Shown: piece by piece, positions 62,154 to 64,000 of the stretch
Layout of the letters: each line of letters starts with the position of its first letter
How positions within the stretch are numbered: the first letter of the stretch is position 1
Source: Bauldia sp.
GTDB lineage: Bacteria; Pseudomonadota; Alphaproteobacteria; Rhizobiales; Kaistiaceae
Assembly (NCBI GenBank): GCA_022841545.1
Contig: JALHRF010000004.1
Coordinates: 1,422 to 65,421, forward strand
Direction of reading: 5' to 3'
DNA length: 64,000 bases
Made by a program: the position numbers and the translations under genes
Notes under the pieces: generated by a model
Databases searched by the model: none
Seen by the model: only the letters and a program-made list of their open reading frames with translations
Told to the model about the DNA's origin: nothing

Positions 62154-64000
62154 GTCATCCCCGGCGAGCCCGGCTTCAGCCGGTCTCGCCGGGGATGACG
62201 ATCGGTGGTTCGTCGTCGTGCTCACGATCGCATCGAAGAATGTCAGGGGGCGCCAACAGCGCCACTAAACCACACCGTCATCCCCGGCGAGCGCCAAAGG
62301 CGCGAGGGAAGGGGACCCAGTAAACACCGCCCGTGGTCGCCGAGATGCGGCGGTGAGGCGAGCAGGTTTGGCGGCGTCGAATCGCAGGCTTCGCTTCAGC
62401 GATGCTCATGTTGCCCGAAGACGACGCCCGCGCCCGCTTTCGCCGCCAGCGTCTATTGGGTCCCCTTCCCTCGCCCGGCTGAAGCCGGGCTCGCCGGGGA
62501 TGACGATCGGTGGTTCGTCGTCGTGCTCACGATCGCATCGAGCGATGCCCCTGGCGCCGACAGCGCCACTACACCGGCCTGTCATCCCCGGCGAGCGCCG
62601 AAGGCGCGAGGGAAGGGGACCCAGTAAACACCGCCCGTTGCCGGGATGGGCGCCGCCGCCCAGGCATGTCAGTCAGCCGTGCGCGAGGGCGGGGTACAGA
62701 TCGTCCCAGTTCGGATTCTTTGCTTCGATCATGCGGACCTTCCAGGCCCGGTTCCATCCCTTGAGTTGTTTCTCGCGCTCGATGGCGTCCCGGACATCCT
62801 GAAACGCCTCAAGATACACCAGCCGCGTCACGCCGTACTTGCGTGTGAACCCCGGAACAAGCTCTGCCCGGTGCTCCTCTACGCGGCGGACGAGATCATT
62901 GGTCACGCCGATATAGAGCGTGCCGCCGATCCGACTGGCGAGGATGTAGACAAAGTAGTAGTCGAATCGCAAAGCTGCGCTCCGCGACGCCAAGGATGCC
63001 CGAAGACTACGCCCGCGCCTGCTTTCGCCGCCAGCGTCTACTGGATCCCCTTCTCGAGCAATGTCACTGGCGGGGCGCGCCGACAGCGCCACCACGCCGG
63101 CCTGTCATCCCCGGCGAGCGCCGAAGGCGCGAGGGAAGGGGACCCAGTAAACACCGCCCGTGGTCGCCGAGATGCGGCGGTGAGGCGAGCAGGTGTGGCG
63201 GCGTCGAATCGCAGGCTTCGCTTCAGCGATGCTCATGTTGCCCGAAGACGACGCCCGCGCCCGCTTTCGCCGCCAGCGTCTACTGGGTCCCCTTCCCTCG
63301 CCCGGCTGAAGCCGGGCTCGCCGGGGATGACAATCGGTGGTTCGTCGTCGTCCTCACGATCGCATCGAGCGATGCCCCTGGGCACCGACAGCGCCACCAC
63401 ACCGGCCTGTCATCCCCGGCGAGCGCCAAAGGCGCGAGGGAAGGGGACCCAGTAGACACTGCCCGTGGTCGCCGAGATGCGGCGGTGAGGCGCGCAGGTG
63501 TGGCGGCGTCGAATCGCAGGCTTCGCTTCAGCGATGCTCATGTTGCCCGACGACTACGCCCGCGCCTCGCTTTCGCCGCCAGCGTCTACTGGGTCCCCTT
63601 CCCTCGCCCGGCTGAAGCCGGGCTCGCCGGGGATGACGGTCGGTGGTTCGTCGTCGTCCTCACGATCGCACCGAGCGATGCCCCTGGCACCAACAGCGCA
63701 ATTGCACCACGCCGTCATCCCCGGCGAGCGCCGAAGGCGCGAGGGAAGGGGACCCAGTAAACACCGCCCGTGGTCGCCTGTCGCCGACGGTGCCCGAAGA
63801 CGACGCCCGCGCCTCGCTTTCGCCACCAGCGTCTACTGGGTCCCCTTCCCTCGCCCGGCTGAAGCCGGGCTCGCCGGGGATGACGATCGGTGGTTCGTCG
63901 TCGTCCTCACGATCGCACCGAGCGATGCCCCTGGGCGCCGACAGCGCAATTGCACCACGCCGTCATCCCCGGCGAGCGCCGAAGGCGTGAGGGAAGGGGA
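62154..64000. repeat. Tandem array of inverted-repeat (REP/MITE-like) elements, period ~305 bp; continues past the window edge
   Basis: GTCATCCCCGGCGAG left ends at 62154, 62277, 62581, 63104, 63409, 63714, 63962; CTCGCCGGGGATGAC right ends ending at 62199, 62504, 63331, 63637, 63884; conserved ~77-bp linkers. Confidence 0.95.
62673..62972 (-). CDS. Small stand-alone GIY-YIG nuclease family protein (99 aa)
   Basis: FVYILAS..TLYIGVTNDLVRR..EH, FTRKY, AIEREKQLKGW.R.WK..IE..NP.W.DL; GGAG RBS 7 nt before TTG at 62972. Confidence 0.9.
   Translation of the reverse strand: MRFDYYFVYILASRIGGTLYIGVTNDLVRRVEEHRAELVPGFTRKYGVTRLVYLEAFQDVRDAIEREKQLKGWNRAWKVRMIEAKNPNWDDLYPALAHG

Noticed and set aside
62973-63095. 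N-terminal extension of the GIY-YIG ORF in the track (start 63095)
   Set aside because: It runs through repeat sequence; a GGAG RBS and TTG at 62972 give a typical ~100-aa protein
62205-63990. Plus-strand ORFs across the repeat array (e.g. 62646..63455, 62996..63760)
   Set aside because: They are translations of the GC-rich repeat with no RBS or protein motifs; only the minus-strand GIY-YIG frame has a family signature
62154-64000. CRISPR array
   Set aside because: Sequences between repeats are conserved rather than unique, repeats alternate in orientation, the period is ~305 bp, and no cas genes are present

Overview
High-GC chromosomal window whose gene content and codon style point to an alphaproteobacterium, probably Hyphomicrobiales (inference). 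All annotation is by eye from the sequence and ORF track; no searches were run. Left to right: a partial Tat-exported ABC binding protein and a dienelactone-hydrolase/SnoaL fusion; an IS110 remnant; a cyclase-family hydrolase; a (methyl)inositol/rhizopine-like catabolic region (two Gfo/Idh/MocA enzymes, IolE/MocC-like protein, MocE ferredoxin, formaldehyde dehydrogenase, sugar ABC transporter); adc; a sigma32/ROSE-controlled Hsp20-DUF1150 pair; a signalling region (single REC protein, PruR-like periplasmic protein plus hybrid kinase, PaaK-like ligase, MFS exporter, orphan PfaD, OmpR-type regulator); a glycan locus (three sulfotransferase-like P-loop proteins, GT4, GT2); a second paralogous hybrid kinase; a sugar ABC system with an AGE-family isomerase; a TIGR03032-like protein; a 2727-aa RTX adhesin with four FG-GAP modules; an orphan PotD-like protein; and a split C-P lyase locus (phnGHIJKL and phnCDE, each with PHO boxes). 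Most unusual: (1) a tandem array of ~305-bp units at 62.15-64 kb, each an inverted-repeat element, in which one copy carries a small GIY-YIG nuclease gene and the gene-less copies look like its deletion derivatives; (2) a recurring GAAAC-N4-GAAAC direct repeat upstream of several signalling, lipid and adhesin-region genes, suggesting an undescribed regulon. No rRNA, tRNA or CRISPR array was recognised.
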